Below, piece after piece: positions 39,935 to 48,316 of a DNA stretch of 64,000 nt. A program made the translations under genes and the position numbers. How positions within the stretch are numbered: position 1 is the first letter of the stretch; each line of letters opens with the position of its first letter. This DNA is from SAR202 cluster bacterium (GTDB lineage: Bacteria > Chloroflexota > Dehalococcoidia > Lucifugimonadales > UBA6927), in contig JAKUTX010000001.1 in the NCBI GenBank assembly GCA_022447855.1, positions 236,435 through 300,434 of the forward strand. Direction: 5' to 3'. The notes under the pieces are model-generated. The model was not told the origin of the DNA. It worked only from the letters and a program-made list of their open reading frames with translations, and did no database searches.

Positions 39935-40031
39935 ATAAAAATTCCTTACAATAAAATAACTTAGACTCTGATGTTATCTAGCTGAATTCTAATATTGTGA
40001 AAAAAAGTGTCAAGCCCAGGAAGTTTCCAAA

Positions 40032-40060
40032 TTGATTCTACCCTTTAAGTAATGTAAAAT
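40032..40060 (+). promoter_or_regulatory. Putative promoter of the pantothenate operon
   Basis: TTGATT (40032-40037), 17-nt spacer, TAAAAT (40055-40060). Confidence 0.4.
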
Positions 40061-40156
40061 CATTTTGCAGCCGATCCTTCAGGAAGGTGAGCATCGATTC
40101 AACGGTTATTTATTGTTCACCTTAAGCTGTATTAATTTGTGCAAACAGGTGATTAA
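40061..40156 (+). promoter_or_regulatory. Structured 5' leader upstream of the pan genes (candidate pan-motif-like RNA)
   Basis: About 90 nt leader with competing pairings: CCTTC/GAAGG (40076-40087) versus AGGTGAG/GTTCACCT (40085-40121), enclosed by GCAGC...GCTGT. Confidence 0.3.
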
Positions 40157-41047
40157 ATGATTGATTTTAATAATCAAATATCAATAGGAATCGTTGGGGC
40201 TGGTGCAGTGGGTGGAGCATTAGCTATCTCACTAAATTCCGCAGGCTATAATGTATCAAATGTTGCAAGTCGCTCTATAGAATCTTCAAATCGTTTGGCT
40301 GAACAAATTCAATCTCTGAATAGTTTTGGAACTATTCAGGAAGTCGCAAACTGTTCTGATTTAGTTTTTATTACTACACCAGACAACATAATTGAACAAA
40401 TCGCCAATGAGACAAAATGGCGCAATTCACAAGGTGTAGTTCATTGCTCTGGAGTATCTTCTTTAGACATTCTGAACAATGTAACTTCATATGGAGCAAT
40501 TCCCGGATCATTTCATCCTATGCAAGCATTTGCAGACGCTACTTCGGGCGCAAGAAACATACCTGGAATCACTTTCGGAATTGAAGGTGAAAAGTTAATG
40601 GTAGATTTCCTAACTCAAATGGCAAAAGATCTATTGGCGAAACCAATAATTCTTAATGCTGAAAGCAAGCCTTTGTACCATCTAACCGGTGTAATGATGG
40701 GCGGTTTATTAACAAGCCTTGCAATAGGAACAGCAGCACTATGGGATAAGATAGGCATGGATAGAGATCAAGGGATTGAAGCACTAATCCCAATGATGAA
40801 AGGCGTCATAAACAACCTGAACACTCTAGGTGTTCCAAATGCAATTGCCGGCCCATATGCTCGAGGTGATTTAGGAACAATCAAAACCCACATGCTCACA
40901 TTAAAAAAGCAAGCACCCGAAGTTCTACCTTTGTACTGTGAAATGGCATTAATGGGTTTATCCGCAGCAATAGAAAAAAATACATTAGACAAAAAAACTG
41001 AAGAAGCTATCAGAAGATGTATTCTAGATTTCAAGAAAGGAAAATAA
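40157..41047 (+). CDS. Rossmann-fold plus DUF2520-type protein (putative PanG-like ketopantoate reductase)
   Basis: IGIVGAGAVGGALA dinucleotide-binding loop. ...VHCSG...GSFHPMQAF...FGIEG pattern as I remember for DUF2520 proteins. panB starts 4 nt downstream. Confidence 0.6.
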   Translation: MIDFNNQISIGIVGAGAVGGALAISLNSAGYNVSNVASRSIESSNRLAEQIQSLNSFGTIQEVANCSDLVFITTPDNIIEQIANETKWRNSQGVVHCSGVSSLDILNNVTSYGAIPGSFHPMQAFADATSGARNIPGITFGIEGEKLMVDFLTQMAKDLLAKPIILNAESKPLYHLTGVMMGGLLTSLAIGTAALWDKIGMDRDQGIEALIPMMKGVINNLNTLGVPNAIAGPYARGDLGTIKTHMLTLKKQAPEVLPLYCEMALMGLSAAIEKNTLDKKTEEAIRRCILDFKKGK

Positions 41048-41051
41048 GAAA

Positions 41052-41903
41052 TTGAAAACCCGAAAGACCATTCAAGAATTCCAGAATCGTTCAGATAGCG
41101 GTGAAAAAATTGTTATGATCACCGCATATGATTATACCTCAGCCAAAATTATTGAAAGTGCTGGAATTGATTACATATTAGTTGGAGACAGCCTTGGGCA
41201 AGTAGTTTTAGGATATGACTCCACGGTTGAAGTATCTATAGAGGATATTTTACATCATCTTAAAGCAGTATCGAGGGGTACAGAACGTGCTCATATTGTT
41301 GCTGATATGCCTTTCATGACATTTCAAATCAACCCAGAATGTGCTGTTTCAAATGCAGGAAAATTATTACAAATTGGAGGAGCACAATCTGTTAAAATCG
41401 AAGGTGGGAAGAATGTGTGCCCCACCATTAGAAAAATTGTAGATTCTGGAATTCCTGTAATGGGGCATTTGGGATTAACCCCTCAATCTCATAACCAATT
41501 GGGGGGATATCACTTGCAGGCAAAAACCTTAAAAACTGCTGAAAAAATTATCGAAGATGCTTTAGCCGTAGAGAGTGCGGGCGCATTTTCCCTAGTCCTG
41601 GAATCAATTCCTTCAGAAGTCGCAAAAATAATTACTGCACAATTAAAAATTCCCACCATAGGAATTGGAGCAGGACCTTACTGTAATGGACAAATTCAAG
41701 TTTTTCATGATCTTATGGGCTTATTTTCCGATTTCCAGCCTAAGCATACAAAAAAATACGCGGACTTATCCGAAATTATCAAAGAATCAATCTCAAGATA
41801 TTCAATGGAAGTCAAAGAAGGTGCTTTCCCAACCATTAAAAATAGCTTCAAAGCAACAACTGATTTAATTTCAGAGCTCGAAGCCAAACTAGATCTAAGG
41901 TAA
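41052..41903 (+). CDS. panB: 3-methyl-2-oxobutanoate hydroxymethyltransferase
   Basis: MITAYDYTSAKI...LVGDSLG and ...VKIEGG... motifs. TTG start. Confidence 0.93.
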   Translation: MKTRKTIQEFQNRSDSGEKIVMITAYDYTSAKIIESAGIDYILVGDSLGQVVLGYDSTVEVSIEDILHHLKAVSRGTERAHIVADMPFMTFQINPECAVSNAGKLLQIGGAQSVKIEGGKNVCPTIRKIVDSGIPVMGHLGLTPQSHNQLGGYHLQAKTLKTAEKIIEDALAVESAGAFSLVLESIPSEVAKIITAQLKIPTIGIGAGPYCNGQIQVFHDLMGLFSDFQPKHTKKYADLSEIIKESISRYSMEVKEGAFPTIKNSFKATTDLISELEAKLDLR

Positions 41904-41905
41904 AA

Positions 41906-42748
41906 ATGCAGATAATTCATTCACTAGAAAAATTTCGGAAAGAATGCGCAACTTTAAATCGTTCATTAGGATTAGTTCCAACGATGGGCGCAATACACGA
42001 CGGCCATTTGGCATTAATTAAACAAGCATCCACAGAAAATAAATCCATAGTAGTTACAATTTTTGTAAATCCTAAACAATTTTCTGAAAATGAAGACTTT
42101 GATGATTATCCCAGGCCTATTCATTCTGATATCAAATCACTTGAAGTCGAAAATGTTGACTTGGTTTTCATTCCATCAACTGAAGAAATGTATCCATCAA
42201 ATCATTCAACACATGTATCCGTAGGAGAAATTGCAAAAATTTTAGAGGGGAAATCCAGACCAAATCACTTCCAAGGGGTTTCGACAATAGTTACTAAGCT
42301 CATATCTGCATCAAGACCCGACAATACTTATTTCGGACAAAAAGACGCACAACAATGTGCAATAGTACAAAAACTTAACAACGAACTAAACCTAGGAACC
42401 AATATAAGAATAGTTCCCACCGTTAGAGAAAAAGATGGTCTCGCAATTAGTAGTAGAAATGTTTATTTGAATCCCAAAGAACGATCAGCTTCGACAATAT
42501 TATTCAGATCATTGGAAAAAGCAAAGAACTTGAAAAGCCATGGCATGAATGATCTCAATCTCTTGACTAAAAACATTCGTGACTATATTGGGTCAGAGCC
42601 ATTAGCGAAAATCGATTACATTTCAATAGTCGATCCAAATACTCTTGAACATTTGACCAAAACACCACTCACAAACAACCAAATTTTAGTACTTATTGCA
42701 GTAAACATTGGCAATATTAGATTAATTGACAACATGATTTTCGATTAA
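41906..42748 (+). CDS. panC: Pantoate--beta-alanine ligase
   Basis: GLVPTMGAIHDGHLALIK (HIGH-like) and FGQKDAQQ motifs. Confidence 0.93.
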   Translation: MQIIHSLEKFRKECATLNRSLGLVPTMGAIHDGHLALIKQASTENKSIVVTIFVNPKQFSENEDFDDYPRPIHSDIKSLEVENVDLVFIPSTEEMYPSNHSTHVSVGEIAKILEGKSRPNHFQGVSTIVTKLISASRPDNTYFGQKDAQQCAIVQKLNNELNLGTNIRIVPTVREKDGLAISSRNVYLNPKERSASTILFRSLEKAKNLKSHGMNDLNLLTKNIRDYIGSEPLAKIDYISIVDPNTLEHLTKTPLTNNQILVLIAVNIGNIRLIDNMIFD

Positions 42749-42771
42749 ATATTTCCTGAAAGACTTTAAAA

Positions 42772-43560
42772 ATGAAAATACTTTTGACAAATGATGACGG
42801 GATTGACACTCCAGGAATTTGGATTTTAGCAAATCAACTTTCTAGATTTTCTGAAGTAATAATTGTTGCTCCTGAATCAAATCAAAGTGGGGTCGGAACT
42901 TCAATAAGTCTCCAAAACCCAATAACTGTTTCGCCTTATAATCCAAAAGACCAAAAATTTAAATCTATCAAATCATTTGCAATTAGTGGAACTCCGGCAG
43001 ATTGCGTAATTTTTGGAACAGAGAGACTTTCAGACCCTCCTTTTGACTTAATCATTTCTGGGCCTAACAAAGGTTTCAATACAGGCTTTGATATAATTAA
43101 CTCTGGAACTTTTGGAGCAGCCATTCAAGGTTTCTCAAGAGGATTTAATTCTATAGCAGTGTCAATAGGTAATCTAAGCCCAATAGAGTCTCAATATTTT
43201 CTGGCAGCAGAAATTACCTCTGACGTCACAGAATATTTCATGAAAAATAATCTCACTGAAACTTTCTTGTTAAACATTAATCTTCCCGATTGCGAATCAA
43301 ACCAAATAAAAGGAATAAATCTAACCACTTTGGGACCTAAAGCATTTTTAGAAACTATAGAAAAAATACCATCCTCTGAAGACAAAATGTATGCAGTAAA
43401 ACACAACCGACCAATAAATCCCGAAGCAGATCATAAAACAGATGTTTGGGCAGTGAAAAACCAAATAATCTCAATCACTCCAGCCAATTTGCTAATTAAG
43501 AATAATTTTGACCCGGAAAATTTCCACGATTTGATAGAGACAATCTCGCTAAAAATTTGA
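42772..43560 (+). CDS. surE: 5'/3'-nucleotidase SurE
   Basis: MKILLTNDDGIDTPGI N-terminus and SGTPADCV motif. Confidence 0.9.
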   Translation: MKILLTNDDGIDTPGIWILANQLSRFSEVIIVAPESNQSGVGTSISLQNPITVSPYNPKDQKFKSIKSFAISGTPADCVIFGTERLSDPPFDLIISGPNKGFNTGFDIINSGTFGAAIQGFSRGFNSIAVSIGNLSPIESQYFLAAEITSDVTEYFMKNNLTETFLLNINLPDCESNQIKGINLTTLGPKAFLETIEKIPSSEDKMYAVKHNRPINPEADHKTDVWAVKNQIISITPANLLIKNNFDPENFHDLIETISLKI

Positions 43561-43666
43561 CTCCAGTCATAAATCTTTCAAAAGTCGTTAAAATTGTTGA
43601 CTCAATCGCTTCCACTCTGATAGAGTCACTCGGTAGTGACCCTCGTCATAAGAGGGATTAAATATC

Positions 43667-45016
43667 ATGGGAGCCGAATCAAACATGTCAACAAATAATA
43701 CAATTACAGAACCAGGCAGAGACTTAAGTGTGTACGCCGAATGTGACGTACTAGTTATTGGAGGCGGTCCAGCTGGATGTGCTGCTGCTGCTTCCGCAGC
43801 TGATGCTGGGGCAAATGTAATCTTAATGGAAAGATATGGTCATCTCGGAGGTATGTCTACTGGTGGTTTCGTACTTTGGATAGATCGAATGACTGATTGG
43901 TCTGGAAACCATGTCATTTCTGGTTTCGCAACAGAACTACTAGATCGGTTACCTTCAGAAGGCCTTCTGGGCCCTGACCCAGAGTTGTGGGGATCAAAAG
44001 ATCAAGCCCTAGTAGATTATTGGGGTGATCGCTCTGCTGCATATCAAGGGGTCGTAACATGGTCTCCAACTGTTGATCCTGAATTGTTAAAAAATGTTTC
44101 CATTGATGTCTTAGAAGAAAAAGGCGTGAAATTACTAATGCACTCTTGGGGAGTCCAAGCATTGGTTGAGAATGATCAAGTAAAAGGTGGAATTTTCGAA
44201 AGTAAATCAGGAAGACAAGCCATCCTAGCAAAAGTCACAATCGACGCGACTGGCGATGGAGATGTCTTCGATTTTGCTGGCGCTGAACATGTTAACGATG
44301 TAGTAGAGGACAATATCCACCATAGAATGAACGTTGCTTTTCTTTGGGGTGATATAGATTATAACAAATGGCTAGATTTCAAAAACAACAATCCTGAAGA
44401 CTTTCGAGCAGTTATGGCTGAAGGTGCCAAAGTTAATGTAGTAGACCGCCCACATGCAATGCCTAGGAATGACATGGCACTGTTTATGGGACCGAGACTC
44501 GCAGGATACAGTTGTATAGACGTAGACGATTTGTCGACAGTCGAAGCCGAATCTCGTCGAAGAATGATGGAAATGATTGATTTCTATCGAAAAAAACTCC
44601 CTGGATTTGAAAATGCTTATGTTCATACGACTGCCCCTCAAATGGGTACTCGACACAGTCGACGACTAGTGGGTGTTTCTCAAATGCAAAGATCCGATTG
44701 GACGTCTGGAGTCAGACATGATGATGAAATTGGCATTTCTCCCGCACCAAATGCCAGACATCCCAATGTGTCAGTCCCATACAATTCTCTTGTACCAATT
44801 AAGGTAAATGGTTTGTTAGCTGCTGGACGTTGTTTAAGTACTGATCCTATTACTCATACTTTCATGAGAGAAGTTCCTCAAAGTTGGCTATTAGGACAAG
44901 GAGCAGGTGCCGCTGCAGCTCAAGCTGCCAATAAAGGTATTGAAGTACGTGACGTAAATATACAAGAGTTACAGGCAGAATTACGCAGACAAGGGGTAAT
45001 ACTACACGACAATTAA
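43667..45016 (+). CDS. FAD-dependent oxidoreductase (FAD_oxidored-like)
   Basis: DVLVIGGGPAGCAAA dinucleotide-binding motif near the N-terminus. 449 aa. Confidence 0.7.
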   Translation: MGAESNMSTNNTITEPGRDLSVYAECDVLVIGGGPAGCAAAASAADAGANVILMERYGHLGGMSTGGFVLWIDRMTDWSGNHVISGFATELLDRLPSEGLLGPDPELWGSKDQALVDYWGDRSAAYQGVVTWSPTVDPELLKNVSIDVLEEKGVKLLMHSWGVQALVENDQVKGGIFESKSGRQAILAKVTIDATGDGDVFDFAGAEHVNDVVEDNIHHRMNVAFLWGDIDYNKWLDFKNNNPEDFRAVMAEGAKVNVVDRPHAMPRNDMALFMGPRLAGYSCIDVDDLSTVEAESRRRMMEMIDFYRKKLPGFENAYVHTTAPQMGTRHSRRLVGVSQMQRSDWTSGVRHDDEIGISPAPNARHPNVSVPYNSLVPIKVNGLLAAGRCLSTDPITHTFMREVPQSWLLGQGAGAAAAQAANKGIEVRDVNIQELQAELRRQGVILHDN

Positions 45017-45061
45017 ACAAACCCCTTCTGACTTTGCCAAAAAGACTTTCCGAGGATCAAA

Positions 45062-45886
45062 ATGCAGTTCGAACACCTAACTTACTCTAAAGATTCGCAC
45101 ATAGTAACACTGACTCTCAATAGGCCAGAGCGACTAAATGCAATTTCTCCTCCAATGAATTTAGAACTTTGGGAAGCAATTAATAATTTCCGAGAAGACA
45201 ATGATGCTTGGGTATGTATTTTAACTGGCGCCGGTGACCGAGCATTTTGTGCAGGAAATGACCTCAAATGGCGTTCTGAGAACCCTGGAGTCGAAACACC
45301 CGGAATCGTACCTGGTACTGAATATCAATCTAACCCCAAAATACCTGGACCAGCAGGGACACTACCGACAGAATTATGGAAGCCTCTCATAGCTGCAGTA
45401 CATGGTTATGCAGTCGGTGGTGGAATGGAATTAACTATGCACTGTGATATTGTAATAGCATCAGAAGATGCCAAATTTGGAGTGCCTGAAATTAAAAATA
45501 TAGGTGGTGTTCCTGGGGGAAGCGGAATTCTAAGATTGCAACGCCAGTTGCCATACAAAGTTGCATTATGGATGCTCATGAGTGGAGAATTCATGTCTGC
45601 AGATTACATGCATAATCTGGGATATGTAAATGAAGTGGTTAAGAAAGATGACCTTCTAATTACAGCTAAAAAATATGCAGAAATTCTATGTAATAATCCT
45701 CCAATTGGAGTACAAACTGCCAAAGAAGTTGCTATTCGTTCATTAGATCTTCCTATAGACCATCCTCCAACTGCTTGGCAATACCTCTGGACCGGTCTCA
45801 CTGACAAAATGAGGAATTCCGAAGATGCACACGAATCAAGACAGGCATGGCTAGAAAAGCGTAAGCCAAACTACAAAAATAAATAA
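45062..45886 (+). CDS. Enoyl-CoA hydratase/isomerase (crotonase) family protein
   Basis: LNRPERLNA, AFCAGNDLK and HGYAVGGGMEL oxyanion-hole motifs. Confidence 0.85.
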   Translation: MQFEHLTYSKDSHIVTLTLNRPERLNAISPPMNLELWEAINNFREDNDAWVCILTGAGDRAFCAGNDLKWRSENPGVETPGIVPGTEYQSNPKIPGPAGTLPTELWKPLIAAVHGYAVGGGMELTMHCDIVIASEDAKFGVPEIKNIGGVPGGSGILRLQRQLPYKVALWMLMSGEFMSADYMHNLGYVNEVVKKDDLLITAKKYAEILCNNPPIGVQTAKEVAIRSLDLPIDHPPTAWQYLWTGLTDKMRNSEDAHESRQAWLEKRKPNYKNK

Positions 45887-45909
45887 CCGTAATTGTACTT
45901 AATCAGTGG

Positions 45910-47130
45910 TTGGCGATGTCAAATTACTTAAATACCCTTCAAGAAGCAGTTGATATCCTCTCGAATGGAACTCATTCTTGGATGGAAAGACTTTTCTCTA
46001 AAGGACCTACCGCAGAATTAAAAAATCTCAGTTCTATGAATGTTTGGAACGGATGGATGACTTGGCAAGCAGATTATCGTCCTGCAGATACTGGTTATTT
46101 AACAGGTAGGTTGTGGCTTCTTTATATACTTACAGGTGAGGACGATTTTAAAAACTGGGCTATCCAGTTGATTAAAGGCATGTCATCTGATCTCATAAGG
46201 TACCCTCAACTAAGTCATGTTTCAGGAGTAGATACATATTATGGTCCTGCCTGGGGATATGACATTACTGGAGAAGAAGCTTTTAAAACGCTTTCTTTGA
46301 AATCTGCACAAAATCAAATTGATTCCATATTTAGTGAGAAAACAAACGTGTTTTATTTATCTCATGGTAGAAATGTGGTCAATATTGATTGCACTGCTTT
46401 TTTACTTGATCAGCCATGGGCTGGTAGATACGACAATAAATTTATGGATTATTTCAAAAAGCATAACGACGAAATCTTAAACCTACGAATGGTAAGAAAA
46501 GAAGGCAACTACTTCCAAGTAGCTTATTTTGATTCAAATGAAGAATTCGACTACCTCACTACACACCAAGGATGGAGAGTCGATAGTACTTGGGCAAGAG
46601 GACAAAGTTGGGGAATGCATAATTTCTGTGCCGCATACGAGTCAACTGGAAATGAAAATTACTTGAATGCCGCAATTAAAATGTGTGATTGGTGGGTTTC
46701 TCACAACCCTTCAGATTATATCCCATTCTATGACTTTGAAGACCCCGAGGCATTTAAAAGACCAAAGGATTCTTGTGCCGCGGCAATGGCTGCAACCGCT
46801 CTAATGAGAATATCAAGATACGTTCCAGAAAAGAGTAATTCGTACCAACCTATAATTGAGGGAATATTAACCGAATTAACCGAAAATTATCTCAGCATCG
46901 GCGGCCAATTATTACATGGCAGCTGGGGAAACACCGTTGGTAGATGGAGTAGAGAGTTACGGTTTCCACAAGAAGATATCGTCGCATATGGCAATTACTA
47001 TTTCGTGGAATCCATTTTTCGGCAGCTAGTTCCTGACTGGAGTTTATTTGAATTAAACCCTAAGAACACAAAAATGAACCCACAAATTGCTCAAGACATG
47101 ATTAGCAACCAAATGGATCATCAAAAATGA
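45910..47130 (+). CDS. GH88-like (unsaturated glucuronyl hydrolase family) protein, copy 1
   Basis: By eye it aligns to Bacillus UGL blocks: TGRLWLLYILTG, THQGWRVDSTWARGQSWG, YDFEDP...KDSCAAAMAATAL, YGNYYFVES. ATG 45916 is an alternative start. Confidence 0.7.
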   Translation: MAMSNYLNTLQEAVDILSNGTHSWMERLFSKGPTAELKNLSSMNVWNGWMTWQADYRPADTGYLTGRLWLLYILTGEDDFKNWAIQLIKGMSSDLIRYPQLSHVSGVDTYYGPAWGYDITGEEAFKTLSLKSAQNQIDSIFSEKTNVFYLSHGRNVVNIDCTAFLLDQPWAGRYDNKFMDYFKKHNDEILNLRMVRKEGNYFQVAYFDSNEEFDYLTTHQGWRVDSTWARGQSWGMHNFCAAYESTGNENYLNAAIKMCDWWVSHNPSDYIPFYDFEDPEAFKRPKDSCAAAMAATALMRISRYVPEKSNSYQPIIEGILTELTENYLSIGGQLLHGSWGNTVGRWSRELRFPQEDIVAYGNYYFVESIFRQLVPDWSLFELNPKNTKMNPQIAQDMISNQMDHQK

Positions 47131-48314
47131 ATGAATCAAAAGCCTTCCGATTTAACTCGGAACCCGAGAACCAAAAATACCTCGACATATTAGACTATTC
47201 CATGAATATAGTTGCGGATGGTTCAAATTTGCAAATGAAGCATTTATTCGATGGAGGTAATTCAGGAAAAATTCAGAGAATGAATAATCGTACAGGTCGT
47301 TATAGCCTTGGACCAAATTACGCTTCTGGAGATGTTGGATTATTGATTGGAAGATTATGGTTATTATTTTTGCATTCAGGAAAAACTCAATTTCAAAAAT
47401 GGGCCCTAGATTTAATCAGCCAAATTGAGGAAGACCTTTTAAACAAGGCTTCATTCGATTGTTCTTCTACTTTAGATGTTTTTTTTGGATTGAATCACAC
47501 TGCTAAAATAACTGGTTTAGAAAAATGGAAATATCTTTTCTCTAAAGTGTCCTCAACCATATCAAATGAATTTTGGAATGAAACTGCAAAGTGTTTTGTT
47601 TCAACAAAATATGAAGAAAAACAATTATCCATGGATATAACAGGGGGGATGCTCCCATTACATTCTGAAAACATTTCTAAGAAATCAGAAGAAAGACTCA
47701 TTAAACATTTCGATACAATTTTAGACTTAAACATGATTAGACCAAATGGATCAGTAAGACAATGTGCCGTTTTCGATTCATTTAGTGATTTTTCACACTA
47801 TTCAACAAATCATGGATATGAAGTATTTGATTCGGTTGCCAAAACTCATGCCTCATCAATGCTAAACTTCATTTCTGTTTATGAAATCACTGGACATCAA
47901 AGATTCCTGGACGCAACAATAAAATTGGCAAACTATTGGTGCGAATCAATCCCCGAGGATTGGGTCCCGAGGTACGATTTTACCGACCCTGACCCAAAAA
48001 CCAAACCAAAAGATTCTTGTGCTGCCTCAATTGCAGTTGTTGCAATGATTCGTTTATGTAAAATTCGTCCAGAATTAAATGCACACTATCGTTTAATCAT
48101 TGAAGAAACCCTAAAAACCCTCTCTAAAAAGTACTTAGCTGAGGGAGGTATCCTTTTACATAGTAGTTGGGGTGACCAAAGATGGCACTCAGCTCTCAAA
48201 TTCAAACCTGTACCGTCAAACCTAGTCTTCCCACAAGAAGAAATTCTTCCACTTGGAAATTATTTTTTTGTGGAAGCTATTTTCAGGGAACTAAATCCAA
48301 GTATAAAAATCTAA
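47127..48314 (+). CDS. GH88-like protein, copy 2 (tandem paralog)
   Basis: Same blocks in diverged form (IGRLWLLFLHSG, YDFTDP...KDSCAASIAVVAM, LGNYFFVEA). The ATGA overlaps the stop of copy 1. Confidence 0.7.
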   Translation: MNESKAFRFNSEPENQKYLDILDYSMNIVADGSNLQMKHLFDGGNSGKIQRMNNRTGRYSLGPNYASGDVGLLIGRLWLLFLHSGKTQFQKWALDLISQIEEDLLNKASFDCSSTLDVFFGLNHTAKITGLEKWKYLFSKVSSTISNEFWNETAKCFVSTKYEEKQLSMDITGGMLPLHSENISKKSEERLIKHFDTILDLNMIRPNGSVRQCAVFDSFSDFSHYSTNHGYEVFDSVAKTHASSMLNFISVYEITGHQRFLDATIKLANYWCESIPEDWVPRYDFTDPDPKTKPKDSCAASIAVVAMIRLCKIRPELNAHYRLIIEETLKTLSKKYLAEGGILLHSSWGDQRWHSALKFKPVPSNLVFPQEEILPLGNYFFVEAIFRELNPSIKI

Positions 48315-48316
48315 AT

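Noticed and set aside
43597-43640. Possible TTGACT promoter and short palindrome GTCACT-cggt-AGTGAC upstream of the FAD oxidoreductase gene.
   Set aside because: The -10 match is poor, and the 6-bp palindrome is too short to call an operator or hairpin without comparative data.
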